Made by a program: the position numbers and the translations under genes | Origin: Candidatus Aenigmatarchaeota archaeon | Lineage (GTDB): Archaea; Aenigmatarchaeota; Aenigmatarchaeia; CG10238-14; SCSR01 | Direction of reading: 5' to 3' | NCBI GenBank assembly: GCA_039090665.1 | Contig: JAWCSL010000004.1 | Span: forward strand, 1 to 55,829 | DNA length: 55,829 nt | Shown here: one piece after another, positions 1 to 9,408 of the stretch | How the letters are laid out: each line of letters begins with the position of its first letter | How positions within the stretch are numbered: position 1 is the first letter of the stretch | The notes under the pieces: model-generated | What the model saw: the letters and a program-made list of their open reading frames with translations, nothing else | Database searches by the model: none | What the model was told of the DNA's origin: nothing

Positions 1-459
1 TCTTACCCAGAAAGAGGGCCTTACGGCGACAACAAGTTCAGAGGAAACACTAGCGGTTTTTTAATTAAAGATTTGCTGCTCTGGCTTAAGCCTAAGAAAG
101 TTTTAGACCCTATGGCTGGAAGCTATACCACGAGAAATGTTTGCGAAGAGCTTGGAATAGAGAACGTTTGCCTCGACCTCAAGAATGGATTTAATGCATT
201 GGAGATGGATTTTAAAGAAGAGTTTGACCTAGTATTCCTCCATCCACCATACTGGAACATCATAAAGTATTCGAATGATCCAAGAGACTTGAGCAATGCA
301 AAAACATATGAAGAATTCTTGGAAAAGCTTCAGATATTGCTAAACCTTTCTATGAAAGCCATTAAGGAAGGAGGGCATCTAGCTATACCATTCTTCGATT
401 ACATAACCATCTTTCAAACCATATTGATAAAATATATTACTGAATTTTGCATGGTCTGA
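1..459 (+). pseudogene. N4/N6 DNA methyltransferase, 5'-partial at window edge and probably 3'-truncated
   Basis: Frame open from base 1 (SYPERGPYGDNKFRGNTSG...); motif I DPMAGSYTT and motif IV HPPYW; family-like sequence appears to end after GGHLAI (~387). Confidence 0.7.
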
Positions 460-612
460 TTTCGACAGAGTATAATATATTCCTATGAAGTAGTTAGGCC
501 TCGTGTTTTCCCAAATGTAGGATTTTGTTAAGCTCCTGATCATTCCAGTCTTTTCCTTAAGGAATGTATATAAATGATCGACCGAGTTTGGACCAAACCT
601 TAGTATGCGCAA
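379..612 (-). pseudogene. unidentified ORF fragment in a scrambled region
   Basis: 77-aa ORF overlapping the MTase tail; no recognised motif. Confidence 0.25.
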
Positions 613-694
613 GTTCTTGTATATCTATGCTTTCCTCTTTAAAAAATTTTTCGGCTTCATCAGAGAACTAATAAAATAATTCTTACCAAAAGAA

Positions 695-910
695 ATGAAA
701 GGCTCTGTTAAACTTTTAGTAGTTAGACCCGATGTGGTGTTGCTCCCTCACCCTGCAGATAGGTATAGGCTTCATAGAGCCGTATCCCCACATTTGCTTG
801 GAAGCGATTTATCATGCTAGCTTTAAAACTTATTGAAGAACACTGACTGCTATGCAGAATCTCAAAGAGAACTTGTTAACAAATTGGGCCCTGGCTTGTG
901 AGAGGTTTTT
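695..910 (+). pseudogene. PIG-L/LmbE-family deacetylase relic
   Basis: VRPDVVLLPHPADRYRLHRAVS, then frameshift to HICLEAIYHAS; resembles the PIG-L RPDVVxxxxxxDxHxDHRAV motif. Confidence 0.55.
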
Positions 911-1182
911 ATTACGAAAACGTCCAGTCTCGGTTCGAGTTTCCTAGACCATTCGATCCTAACGAGCAAAAATACATGTATTTGGCAAACCTCGAAGTTA
1001 AAGATAGTGAGGGAAAACTCCTAGAAATAATGCCGCAGAGGGATCCCGCTTGTGGCCAAGGTTTGCTGTGCATAAGATATACCATTCAGCCGAATGAACA
1101 AAAAACTATAGTTATGACTCACACTTTTAGGTTTCCAGTAGAATATGGTGGCATTAATACTAAATTAGCATTCCAGGTTTAA
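898..1182 (+). CDS. hypothetical protein, possibly a C-terminal fragment
   Basis: 94-aa ORF, GTG start, no recognised family. Confidence 0.35.
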   Translation: MRGFYYENVQSRFEFPRPFDPNEQKYMYLANLEVKDSEGKLLEIMPQRDPACGQGLLCIRYTIQPNEQKTIVMTHTFRFPVEYGGINTKLAFQV

Positions 1183-1199
1183 ATCCCTTATAGATGATA

Positions 1200-1284
1200 C
1201 GCCCAGGGTGGGATTTGAACCCACAAGGTCTTGCGACCACCAGCTCTCCAGGCTGGCGCCATAGCCAGATTAGGCGACCTGGGC
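1200..1284 (-). tRNA. tRNA-Ser(GGA), long variable arm, no intron, CCA not encoded
   Basis: GCCCAGG/CCTGGGC acceptor stem, anticodon arm CCAGC-CTGGAGA-GCTGG, T-loop TTCAAAT. Confidence 0.97.
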
Positions 1285-1320
1285 AGCAAATATATTTCAA
1301 CTCTAAATAAATTTATTGAG

Positions 1321-1734
1321 ATGGACGATTTAAATTTAGCCAAGAATAGATTGAAAGAAAAGAATTTAACTTTAGTTATAGCAAAGAATGGGAAAACAAT
1401 TTTCGAAAGCAACTCCAATGGGATAAAAGATTTGGTTCTTGCAATTGATTTGTTAAAAGAGAAAATGAAAAAGTCGTCTGTTGCCGATAGCAAAGTCGGG
1501 AAGGCCGCAGCCTTGCTCTTCATTTATTCCGGCATAAATTCTATTTTTGCTCAAACCATTAGCAAGCCAGCGATCTCAATACTGAAAAATTTCAAGATAC
1601 CTTTTGAATATGAAAATGTGGTGGAGAACATACTGAACAAAGAGAAAAATGATTTGTGCCCGTTTGAAAGACTGGTTTTGAACTGTGATTTGCCAGGAGA
1701 GGCTTACAAAAAGATAAAATCATTTTTTAAATAG
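1321..1734 (+). CDS. DUF1893 (TM1506-like) protein
   Basis: VADSKVGKAAA and CPFE motifs; start moved to ATG 1321 because the longer ORF overlaps the tRNA. Confidence 0.85.
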   Translation: MDDLNLAKNRLKEKNLTLVIAKNGKTIFESNSNGIKDLVLAIDLLKEKMKKSSVADSKVGKAAALLFIYSGINSIFAQTISKPAISILKNFKIPFEYENVVENILNKEKNDLCPFERLVLNCDLPGEAYKKIKSFFK

Positions 1735-1759
1735 AATCACTTTTATTAATTGATGGGAT

Positions 1760-2161
1760 ATGAAAAGAAAAGTTGCAAGGGAAGATAGGATTGCTGAAGA
1801 AATAAAACAAATAGTGAGCAAAAGGTTAAGAGTTGAATCCCAAGAAGAGCTTGCAGAGCTTGTTTTGAAAAATTTGAGAAAGGAAGATAAAAGCTACACT
1901 TTATCGCCGATAAGAGTTAAAAGGATTGCTTTGAAAATTCCTGAAATTGAAGTCAAAGCTAAAACTAAAAAGACTTTGAAATTGCCTAAAATAGACAAAT
2001 GTCCGATTTGTGAAAGCAACATAGAGCCAGTTAAAATAAAAAATCTTTTGAATAGAGAGATTATAATTGGTTATAAATGTAGCAGTTGTGGATATCAAAG
2101 CGACTTAGAGGCTTTCATGCCTATGAAGTATATTTTCATTTTAAAGAAAAGAAACTCTTGA
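1760..2161 (+). CDS. archaeal hypothetical protein with C-terminal zinc ribbon
   Basis: CPIC...CSSC; basic 133-aa ORF. Confidence 0.75.
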   Translation: MKRKVAREDRIAEEIKQIVSKRLRVESQEELAELVLKNLRKEDKSYTLSPIRVKRIALKIPEIEVKAKTKKTLKLPKIDKCPICESNIEPVKIKNLLNREIIIGYKCSSCGYQSDLEAFMPMKYIFILKKRNS

Positions 2162-2255
2162 ACAAGTTTTTGGCAGTGTTCCTTTAAATCCGAGTGCAAT
2201 GACGAAGAAGCTGTGGGCTTTCCTGAAAGCCAAAAAACTTGCCAAGAAAGGGTAA
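2145..2255 (+). pseudogene. start-less SWIB/MDM2-like small protein remnant
   Basis: RKETLEQVFGSVPLNPSAMTKKLWAFLKAKKLAKKG*; in-frame TAA at 2142 just upstream. Confidence 0.45.
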
Positions 2256-2337
2256 AAGCTTAAAGCTGAGATAAAAAGATTGAATTTAGACTTAATTACA
2301 GGGAATTTTTAAAAATTGAATTTTTATAAATTAAATT

Positions 2338-3129
2338 ATGCCTCTACTCATCACACCAAGTCTTAACCCAAAAGACAAAGAAGTCATCGTTAATTTTTTC
2401 AGAGCAAAGCCTTTGGTGGGAGTTAAGTTTTGGCCTTCAAATTTTAAGAGCTACGATGATGTGCCGCCTTTGGCCAACAATTCTTTTGTAGCTAAAGTTG
2501 GTAAGCATAAATTGTTCATCTTGTGTGTTGGTTATGGTGAGCAAGGAATAGAATATGGAATTGATGAGTATGAAAGGGTTTTGAGGGAAAATGACACTCT
2601 TCAAGAAATTTATTTCATAGGCTCTTGCTATGCAACTAAGCAATCAAACTTGAAAGTTGGTGACATAGTTCTTCCTTTCAAATCAGAAGTTGGTGGGGAA
2701 CACACAAAATTCTACGTTCAAAAGCTTCTTGAAAGAGGAGTTAAAGATCCAACAAGCTTTGACGAAAAGCTTGTGAAGAAAGTGAGAAAAATTGCGAAAA
2801 GAGAGAAAATAAAAATCCATTCCGGAAAGATCTTTTCTGCTCCTATAGACAAGGGCTACCCTTGGGACGAATTCCATGAAAAGGGATATGAAAAAGGCTA
2901 CATCGCGGCTGAGCTTGAATCTGCGGCAGTTGCGACTTTAGCAAAATATTTCAACATCCCAGCAGTTGCGATAATTCGTGTCAAGGATACAGGAAAGCCT
3001 GATAAAAGCTGGTCGAAAGATAAAAGATATGAGAATTCTACTGAATATAGAGTCCTTCCAGAAGAAGAGAAGAAGAAAGTCATAGAAATACAATTGAAGC
3101 TCGTTGAACTTTCGATAAAAGAAATTTAA
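2338..3129 (+). CDS. nucleoside phosphorylase family protein (PNP_UDP_1)
   Basis: FIGSC, VGDIVLP and AAELESAAVA motifs. Confidence 0.8.
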   Translation: MPLLITPSLNPKDKEVIVNFFRAKPLVGVKFWPSNFKSYDDVPPLANNSFVAKVGKHKLFILCVGYGEQGIEYGIDEYERVLRENDTLQEIYFIGSCYATKQSNLKVGDIVLPFKSEVGGEHTKFYVQKLLERGVKDPTSFDEKLVKKVRKIAKREKIKIHSGKIFSAPIDKGYPWDEFHEKGYEKGYIAAELESAAVATLAKYFNIPAVAIIRVKDTGKPDKSWSKDKRYENSTEYRVLPEEEKKKVIEIQLKLVELSIKEI

Positions 3130-3467
3130 ACAACTTTCCTCATCTTCAGTTTTCTTGAAATTTCAATTTTCTCCTCTTTCTCCTTTTTCAAACTTTTCCC
3201 AATTTTTTTGCCCAGTCTTTCAAACAAAAGCTTTAAAGCAGAAGGTACATCCCACCCACTTGCTTGAGCAACAAAAATTTTATCAGAAGCTTTAACTTTA
3301 GCGTGGAAAGAATACTTTTTCCTTCCTTCAGGGCTATGAACATCAACATCCAGCCTAAAGCTTGTGATATTCCAAATCTTTTCAAATTTTTCCAAAAATT
3401 TGCCAACTTCTTCTTCTATTTCAAACTTTTCCGGAATTGGTGCATGAGAAATTTCTACTTTAGCCAT
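3126..3467 (-). CDS. stand-alone HPF/RaiA-like protein
   Basis: beta-alpha-beta-beta-beta-alpha pattern ending YSFHAKV..FVAQASGWDVPSALKLLFERLGKKI. Confidence 0.6.
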   Translation of the reverse strand: MAKVEISHAPIPEKFEIEEEVGKFLEKFEKIWNITSFRLDVDVHSPEGRKKYSFHAKVKASDKIFVAQASGWDVPSALKLLFERLGKKIGKSLKKEKEEKIEISRKLKMRKVV

Positions 3468-3498
3468 AATTCATTTTTGTTTTCTTCCCTAAAAATAA

Positions 3499-4866
3499 TT
3501 AAGCCAAAAATTGTTCTTCATATTTTTTCAAATATTCAACACTTCTCTTCACATCAGCAAAAAGCTTTTCAACATAAGCGACATGTTCTTTCTTTATTTC
3601 TTCTTCTTTCTTCTCTTTTGCGACTTCAAAAGCCGGAGCGATCAGCTGAATAGCATATCTTAAACTACTCCTTGTTCCAATTTCAGTCAAGTAATCTAAG
3701 GCTTCTTCCGAAATTTTTATTTTTTCAGATTTTGCTCTTATTTCTAAAATTTTTCTTATTTCATCTCTTTCGTAAGGTTTGGTGTTTATTATTAAAAGCC
3801 TGTCTACCAAATCCAATGGCATTCCATGAGGAGCTTTAATATCAGTTCCTCTTATCGTCGAAAAACCCCTGTTGGTTGCAAAGATTATTATTGGTGAAAG
3901 CTCTTGCTCCAAAGCTTTGTTCAAGAAAGCAAAAGTTTCTATATCTAGCATGCTACACTCATCAATGAAAACCACACCAGGCAATAACTCACATCTTCCT
4001 TCTTGAACCAAAGTTTTTATATATTCATCCACTTCTTTCCTCACTTCAGGTTCAATTTCTTTTGATTCCCTTCCACCAAAGAAAAAGCTAAAAATATCTG
4101 TTCCTGATCTTGCGCTAGCAACATCTAAAGCATGCAATGTTACTGGATAAACAAATTCTTTTTCTTTCAAAACTTTTCCTTTTGGAACTGGCACCGGTTT
4201 GGTAGCAGCTAAATCAACTTTTTTCTCTTTTGCACTTTCTTCACTTATACCAAGCTTAACAAGTCTACCTCCCTCAACATCAATCTGAATCACATCACCT
4301 GTTTCAACGCCTTGTTGAATAAGTTGAATGGCAAAGCTTTGGTCCATTGTAAGCTTTTTGCTTTCATCCTTTGTTGCAATTTTAATTGTAGCTCCTATCG
4401 GAATTTGTTGATAAGGATTATAGGGATGTTGAGCTTTTTCTATTGAAATCTCTTTGACTTCCCCTTCATAAATTTTCCTTATTTCATGAATTCTTGCTCC
4501 TATTGCTTTTCTTAAAGTTTGGGTTAAAAATTCGGTTTTCCTCATTTCGGTTGAAAAAATTTCACTGGCAGCCAAAGGAACAAAAGGAACATCCCAACCA
4601 AGCTCTTTTGCTATTGCCATAGCAATGGCTGTTTTTCCAGTTCCAGGGGGTCCTGCCAAGAGAATAGCTCTTCCTGCAAACTTCCCTTCTTTTATTAGTC
4701 TAACAACTAAACCAGCAGCTTCCCTTGCTTCTATTTGTCCTACCATACCTTGGGCTACAGGCTTTGCTTTTAAGCCATCTAAACCTAAGCCTTGGATGTG
4801 AGAATGTGCTGCTACCCTTTCCCATTCACGCAGAGATTCGGGAATTTCCCTCATCTCTGCCATCAT
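3499..4866 (-). CDS. tip49: TIP49/RuvB-like AAA+ ATPase
   Basis: HSHIQGLGL, GPPGTGKT, FIDE, PHGMPLDLVDRLLII. Confidence 0.96.
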   Translation of the reverse strand: MMAEMREIPESLREWERVAAHSHIQGLGLDGLKAKPVAQGMVGQIEAREAAGLVVRLIKEGKFAGRAILLAGPPGTGKTAIAMAIAKELGWDVPFVPLAASEIFSTEMRKTEFLTQTLRKAIGARIHEIRKIYEGEVKEISIEKAQHPYNPYQQIPIGATIKIATKDESKKLTMDQSFAIQLIQQGVETGDVIQIDVEGGRLVKLGISEESAKEKKVDLAATKPVPVPKGKVLKEKEFVYPVTLHALDVASARSGTDIFSFFFGGRESKEIEPEVRKEVDEYIKTLVQEGRCELLPGVVFIDECSMLDIETFAFLNKALEQELSPIIIFATNRGFSTIRGTDIKAPHGMPLDLVDRLLIINTKPYERDEIRKILEIRAKSEKIKISEEALDYLTEIGTRSSLRYAIQLIAPAFEVAKEKKEEEIKKEHVAYVEKLFADVKRSVEYLKKYEEQFLA

Positions 4867-4867
4867 C

Positions 4868-5512
4868 TCACCTTTTAATTTCTATATTTAAAACACCGTC
4901 TTTAAATTTTTTATCGACGATATAAGCTCCTTTAGGAATTGGTAAAAGCGTAAAGTAAGCTTTTTCTCCAGCAAAAGCTTTCACTTCCAAACTTTGCTCT
5001 AGCTTTTTTATTTCTATATCACTTTCACTTTTCACTCCAGGCAACTTTATTAAAATTACTTGTTTTTCTCCTAGATTCTTCACTTCTGTTTCTGGCTCTT
5101 CCGTAACTTTTGGCATTTTTCTTGGTTTAACTTCTTCTTCCACCTCTTCAACAGGAGGTTTTATTCCGAGTTTTTTCTTCAGCTCAGGCTCGATTTTCTT
5201 GAATTCTCCAGAAGTTTTTATCTCTATTTTTGGTTCCATACCAGTACCACTTCTTATAGTTATGCTTATTCCTCCACCTCTAACAAAAGGTTTTGATTTA
5301 AAGCTAGAAAGCTTGAAAGAAGGTAAGCCAAACATTTTGTCCATTCTTTCAAACTCTTTTTCTATTTCTTCAAAAATATCTTCACCAAAAGGCATCAAGG
5401 GACTTTCTTTAACCTTAGCCTTCTTCAAAAATTCTTCACCACAATAAGGACAAAAGTTCCATTCATCTTTTATTTTTTCTCCACAGTTTGGACATTTCTT
5501 CTTTTCAAACAT
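4868..5512 (-). CDS. zinc-ribbon plus Hsp20/CS-like domain protein
   Basis: CPNCG..CPYCG at N-terminus; C-terminal EPETEV..LPGV..FKDGVLNIEI. Confidence 0.75.
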   Translation of the reverse strand: MFEKKKCPNCGEKIKDEWNFCPYCGEEFLKKAKVKESPLMPFGEDIFEEIEKEFERMDKMFGLPSFKLSSFKSKPFVRGGGISITIRSGTGMEPKIEIKTSGEFKKIEPELKKKLGIKPPVEEVEEEVKPRKMPKVTEEPETEVKNLGEKQVILIKLPGVKSESDIEIKKLEQSLEVKAFAGEKAYFTLLPIPKGAYIVDKKFKDGVLNIEIKR

Positions 5513-5544
5513 TTTGACTCAACTCCCAATTTTTAAAAAGCTAG

Positions 5545-6294
5545 TCACTCTTCTTCAACTCTTGGGGCTAACACAAAATCCAAGTTGAGCTTGTCTTCAA
5601 CTCCGAAACTTAGTTTTAATGGATAATCTTGTGCCCATTCTATTTTAACAACATCTGTAAGCTTAGCTGCTTTAATCATTTTTTTAAGATAGTCTAGCGG
5701 ATATTTTGCTTTTACAGTTCCACTAACTTTTAATTCTTTCAAAGATTCGTTGCCTTTTTCCAATTCCAGTTGTGTCGAACTTATATCACCTTCTGCTCTC
5801 ATCACAAACTTAGAAGGAGAAGCTTCAAAAATAACCGCATCAGCAACAACTTCAGCATCTTCTATTCCAGACTCGAGAATTTCCGAATCCACTTCAGCTT
5901 TTGTCGTGAATTCTAACTGGTCAATTCTTGGAACTTCTTCTTGGCTTATATCAAGCAAAGGTAGCACAAATCTTCTTCTACTAGAATTTTCCAGAACAAT
6001 CTCGAGTTTTGAATCTTGCAAAGTGAAAATTGCTTTATCTTTTGAGCTAGCTCTTTTAAGAACTGAAAGGAAATTTGGAATATCCAAACCTATCGATTGT
6101 TCTTTATCAATTTCATATTCTTCAAATGCAGAAGATGAAATCTTAAAGTCAACTGCTGCCACCATAGCTCTATCTGAAGCAATTAAGCTTATGCCATCTT
6201 TTCCCAGCTTGAAAATCCCCTCGTCTATCAGTTCTGCTATTGTAGAAATAGAATTCACGAGCAAACTCACATCCTTTAAAGTTGCCTTAAACAT
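5545..6294 (-). CDS. pcn: PCNA sliding clamp
   Basis: 249 aa; ASDRAMVA, YPLDYL, FVLAPRVEE. Confidence 0.97.
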   Translation of the reverse strand: MFKATLKDVSLLVNSISTIAELIDEGIFKLGKDGISLIASDRAMVAAVDFKISSSAFEEYEIDKEQSIGLDIPNFLSVLKRASSKDKAIFTLQDSKLEIVLENSSRRRFVLPLLDISQEEVPRIDQLEFTTKAEVDSEILESGIEDAEVVADAVIFEASPSKFVMRAEGDISSTQLELEKGNESLKELKVSGTVKAKYPLDYLKKMIKAAKLTDVVKIEWAQDYPLKLSFGVEDKLNLDFVLAPRVEEE

Positions 6295-6583
6295 ACAATC
6301 CCTCTTTCTTATATAATTCTTCTACTCTCTTAAATAAATTTAAATCGAATCCTTTTAAGCTTTGTACTATATCTGCTTTAAGCTTACCATCCAACAGTGA
6401 ACAAAAAACTCTTACAAGTTCACCTTCTTTCACTTCTTGATCTGAAAAAATTTCTATTTTTCCAGTTTCATCTTCAAGAACAAAAGAATTTTCCGCAACC
6501 TTAATGATTCTACCAATCAGAGCTATTCTTGAATCTGTTTTTGAAATCGAGGAAATTTTTCTCGGTGGATAATGACTTGCCAC
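6287..6583 (-). CDS. small OB-fold replication protein A subunit (RPA14-like)
   Basis: RIALIGRII..FVLEDETGKIEI OB-fold; overlaps PCNA start. Confidence 0.7.
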   Translation of the reverse strand: MASHYPPRKISSISKTDSRIALIGRIIKVAENSFVLEDETGKIEIFSDQEVKEGELVRVFCSLLDGKLKADIVQSLKGFDLNLFKRVEELYKKEGLYV

Positions 6584-6679
6584 GAGTTTAATTTAAGAGC
6601 GAGAAGATAAAAGCTTTTTCTTCTCTAGAGGTTCTCAAGCATTCAAAAAGTTTTGGATGTAAGATGCCGTGAAATATTT

Positions 6680-6884
6680 TTGACTTAAGAGTATCTTCCA
6701 ATTTTTCTCCATATCCTTAGTCTTCCACCAAAAAAGCACCAAGTGAGTTGCTTGTTGTAAGGATCACTTTTTTCTACTGATTAAAAATTTTTCCAGTTTT
6801 GGGATTATAAACTATACTCCTAAAACATTAACCAAAAAGATGTCTTTATCAAATTTGTGTGCAGCCAAGTTTCTGGCTTTCCAT
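6680..6884 (-). pseudogene. NUDIX hydrolase relic
   Basis: Across frameshifts: FDKDIFLVNVLG/IVYNPKTGKI/LISRK/SDPYNKQLTWCFFGGR/GYGEKLEDTLK. Confidence 0.6.
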
Positions 6885-6926
6885 AATTTAAATGTTCTTT
6901 CAAAAAATGTTTATAAGCTTTTTCTT

Positions 6927-7244
6927 TCAACCATAAGAACGCCAACTATAACCACACTTCTTGCATTTATAGAACATTGTAGGTGGCTCATCTGCTGATC
7001 TAGTTTGTTGCATCCACCAATATGCTTCCATATTCTCACATTTTGGGCACATTATGGTTGTGGTTGGAAGCTCCGCCACTCCTTCATCCTTCCCCATAAC
7101 AATAACTTCTTTCTTCTTTTCGTGTAATTTTTCTACTATTTCCACTCTTTCTTTCGATTTTATTCTAAAACCACATTTCCTACAAACTAAATATCCTTTT
7201 TTCTTGTCAGCTATCATCAAATTTCCGCATTTTTGGCAAAACAT
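6927..7244 (-). CDS. tfs: transcription elongation factor TFS
   Basis: Two Zn ribbons; QTRSADEPPT. Confidence 0.96.
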   Translation of the reverse strand: MFCQKCGNLMIADKKKGYLVCRKCGFRIKSKERVEIVEKLHEKKKEVIVMGKDEGVAELPTTTIMCPKCENMEAYWWMQQTRSADEPPTMFYKCKKCGYSWRSYG

Positions 7245-7901
7245 TTAAATTCCTCCAAATATCCAGTGGAAGATAACTTTAAAATATCCTAATTTCGGAA
7301 TAATAAAGATTACTCTCCCCTTTATTTGCTCTTTCTTCACAGAATATTCAAAAGGAAGTAGCCCTGGATTGTGGTCTCCTTTTGTCATGTAAGTTCCATC
7401 TGGATTTATTTTGATTATTCTGTGAATTATAGGAATGTTTTGACCTGGAACTTCATAAACTATTACATCACCTACTTTATATTCGTCACTTCCTTGAACT
7501 ATAGGCAAATCACCTATTCCAAATCCATTTGTGATAGGCCATGAATCTACATAACTTCTATTGTAACCTAAATTTTCTTCCAACCATTTGTAATGTGTTA
7601 TTTCCACGCTTTCATCATGGAGCATTGAAGATGTTAAAACTGAAACTGCTGGATAATCTGTGGCAAGAATTAAGCTGAGAAGAGTTTTAAAAATCAAGGC
7701 CGCAGCAGCACCACCTAAAATGTAAGGCAAATAGGATTCTTGCTTGAAATAGTAAAGGAGAAGAATACCTAAAATTACCAGCAAATAAGCTTTTATATTT
7801 GTGATTGAAAAAAAGTACAGTAATAGCAATGAAATGGTTATGTAAATAAAGATTCCATACTTTTTTTCTATTTTTTTCCACCTTTTCTTAAGCTCTTCCA
7901 T
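7245..7901 (-). CDS. sec11: signal peptidase I (Sec11/S26B)
   Basis: VLTSSM, IIHR, TKGDHN. Confidence 0.9.
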   Translation of the reverse strand: MEELKKRWKKIEKKYGIFIYITISLLLLYFFSITNIKAYLLVILGILLLYYFKQESYLPYILGGAAAALIFKTLLSLILATDYPAVSVLTSSMLHDESVEITHYKWLEENLGYNRSYVDSWPITNGFGIGDLPIVQGSDEYKVGDVIVYEVPGQNIPIIHRIIKINPDGTYMTKGDHNPGLLPFEYSVKKEQIKGRVIFIIPKLGYFKVIFHWIFGGI

Positions 7902-8469
7902 AACTTTCTCCTCTTACGATTCCTGTAGCTATAATGTGGGCTATTCTTAAAGGTTCTGGTATATAGCTTCTCGTGCAACTAAGCTTTATAATTTCTTTAG
8001 CCATAGGGTCATCGATTCCTATATTTTGGTAATAAACCTTTTTAAAGTCTTTGATATAACACTCTTTTATTTTACCAGCATTCTCTACAGCTTTCCATCT
8101 TTCTTCAAAATCTTCAAATTTTCTCAAAGCTCTCTTAACTCTAGCCAGGTCCGGCATCTTTCTGTTTATAACTATCACAGGAAGCCTTGTTTCTTCATAA
8201 ATTCTCTTAACATCAACCATATTAAAACCTGCTAGGGTTATTCCGTCAAACATTATAACCTTAAGTTGTTGTTTGTGGCGAGTAGAATTAACGAGCTTTA
8301 TTATCTTTTCAGTTGCATCATTCCCATCAACTAAAACTTCAGTTTTGAGTAAGCCGTCAAGAAATTTACCACCACGGAATATTACTCCTATCACAGGTAC
8401 TAGCTCTTTACTCCTAGGGGTGAAGGTACCATCATCAAAACCAAGAATTCTTATCTCTGGCTTAAGCAT
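7888..8469 (-). CDS. DUF99 (endonuclease V-like) protein
   Basis: ILGFDDG, DGITLAGFN, PEPLRIAHIIA. Confidence 0.92.
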   Translation of the reverse strand: MLKPEIRILGFDDGTFTPRSKELVPVIGVIFRGGKFLDGLLKTEVLVDGNDATEKIIKLVNSTRHKQQLKVIMFDGITLAGFNMVDVKRIYEETRLPVIVINRKMPDLARVKRALRKFEDFEERWKAVENAGKIKECYIKDFKKVYYQNIGIDDPMAKEIIKLSCTRSYIPEPLRIAHIIATGIVRGESYGRA

Positions 8470-8575
8470 GATTTTCTAAGTAAGAGAATAGGTTTTTTTA
8501 GATATTAAAGCTTATTTTTTGAATTTTTGATAGCTTTAAATACTATTAGCGGTAAATTAAAAATAAGTGAAGCGA

Positions 8576-8869
8576 ATGGCAGGTGAAAGTGAAATAAAAC
8601 GAATAGACCCTCTTTCTTTGGCAAAAGTATTTGCAGTGATATCTGCCATACTAAGCTTGATTACAGGTTTGATCTTAACAGCTTTTACTACATCTCTAAT
8701 GGCTGTAGTTAGGGCACCAGTAGGATTGGGAGCAGGATTGGGTATAGTTTCTATAATACTCATGCCCATAATAGGAGCAATCTCTGGATTCATAACTGGA
8801 CTCATAGTAGCAGTAGTGTACAACTTTGTTGCAAGTAAGATAGGGGGAATAAAGATAAATTTGGGTTAA
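8576..8869 (+). CDS. small 2-TM membrane protein (DUF3566-like)
   Basis: IKRIDPLSLAKV...YNFVASKIGGI. Confidence 0.75.
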   Translation: MAGESEIKRIDPLSLAKVFAVISAILSLITGLILTAFTTSLMAVVRAPVGLGAGLGIVSIILMPIIGAISGFITGLIVAVVYNFVASKIGGIKINLG

Positions 8870-8962
8870 ATTTTTTTCTTTTCCCCTTCTTTTTTACCCT
8901 TGAAAGGTAAAAAAGTTTTAATACTTGTTGCACTAATTAAAATTGAAGTTTGGTGATCTTTA

Positions 8963-9133
8963 ATGGCAAAAAAGATTTTTTCAGAAGCCGTAGCAAGACT
9001 TTATTCTAGAGTTTTCGTGTGTAGAGTTTGTAAGCGTAAACTCAGAGCAGATCCCGCCAAAGTTAAAGCTGGAAAAGTCAAATGTAGGAAATGTGGTTCC
9101 AAAGCTTTGAGACCAAAGAAAAGACCTATGTGA
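8963..9133 (+). CDS. rpl40e: ribosomal protein eL40 (not in ORF track)
   Basis: MAKKIFSEAVARLYSRVFVCRVCK...KCRKCGSKALRPKKRPM; GGTGA upstream. Confidence 0.9.
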   Translation: MAKKIFSEAVARLYSRVFVCRVCKRKLRADPAKVKAGKVKCRKCGSKALRPKKRPM

Positions 9134-9137
9134 TGAT

Positions 9138-9377
9138 ATGGAGATAAAATATATAACAAACCGAGACCTACAAAATTCTGCCGGTCAAGTAAAAGGTAAA
9201 GTAAGAGTTCTTGTGTTAAAAGGTGAAACTATTGCTAACATTGATTTAACTTGTCCTGAATGCGGCTGTGTTCAAAAGAAAAAACAAGAATTCAAACTTC
9301 CTCTAGATTTACAATGTGAAAAGTGTGGTTTCAAAGTAAAACTCCAGAGCTTGAGGAAAGAGATTAAGAAAAAGTAA
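9138..9377 (+). CDS. zinc-ribbon hypothetical protein
   Basis: CPECG..CEKCG; 4 nt after rpl40e. Confidence 0.75.
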   Translation: MEIKYITNRDLQNSAGQVKGKVRVLVLKGETIANIDLTCPECGCVQKKKQEFKLPLDLQCEKCGFKVKLQSLRKEIKKK

Positions 9378-9408
9378 AAAACTTATTTTTACCTTTAGAA
9401 TTATCTAT

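Noticed and set aside
1188-1523. ORF 1188..1523 (-) and the 5' extension of 1231..1734
   Set aside because: Both overlap tRNA-Ser; the minus ORF is also the antisense shadow of DUF1893.
2140-2146. T-TTA-AAG slippery heptamer as a route into the SWIB-like frame
   Set aside because: A -1 shift enters a different short frame; the SWIB-like frame needs +1.
5750-6316. Long antisense ORFs such as 5750..6316, 35137..35601 and 38872..39324
   Set aside because: Shadows of well-supported genes on the opposite strand, with no recognisable motifs.
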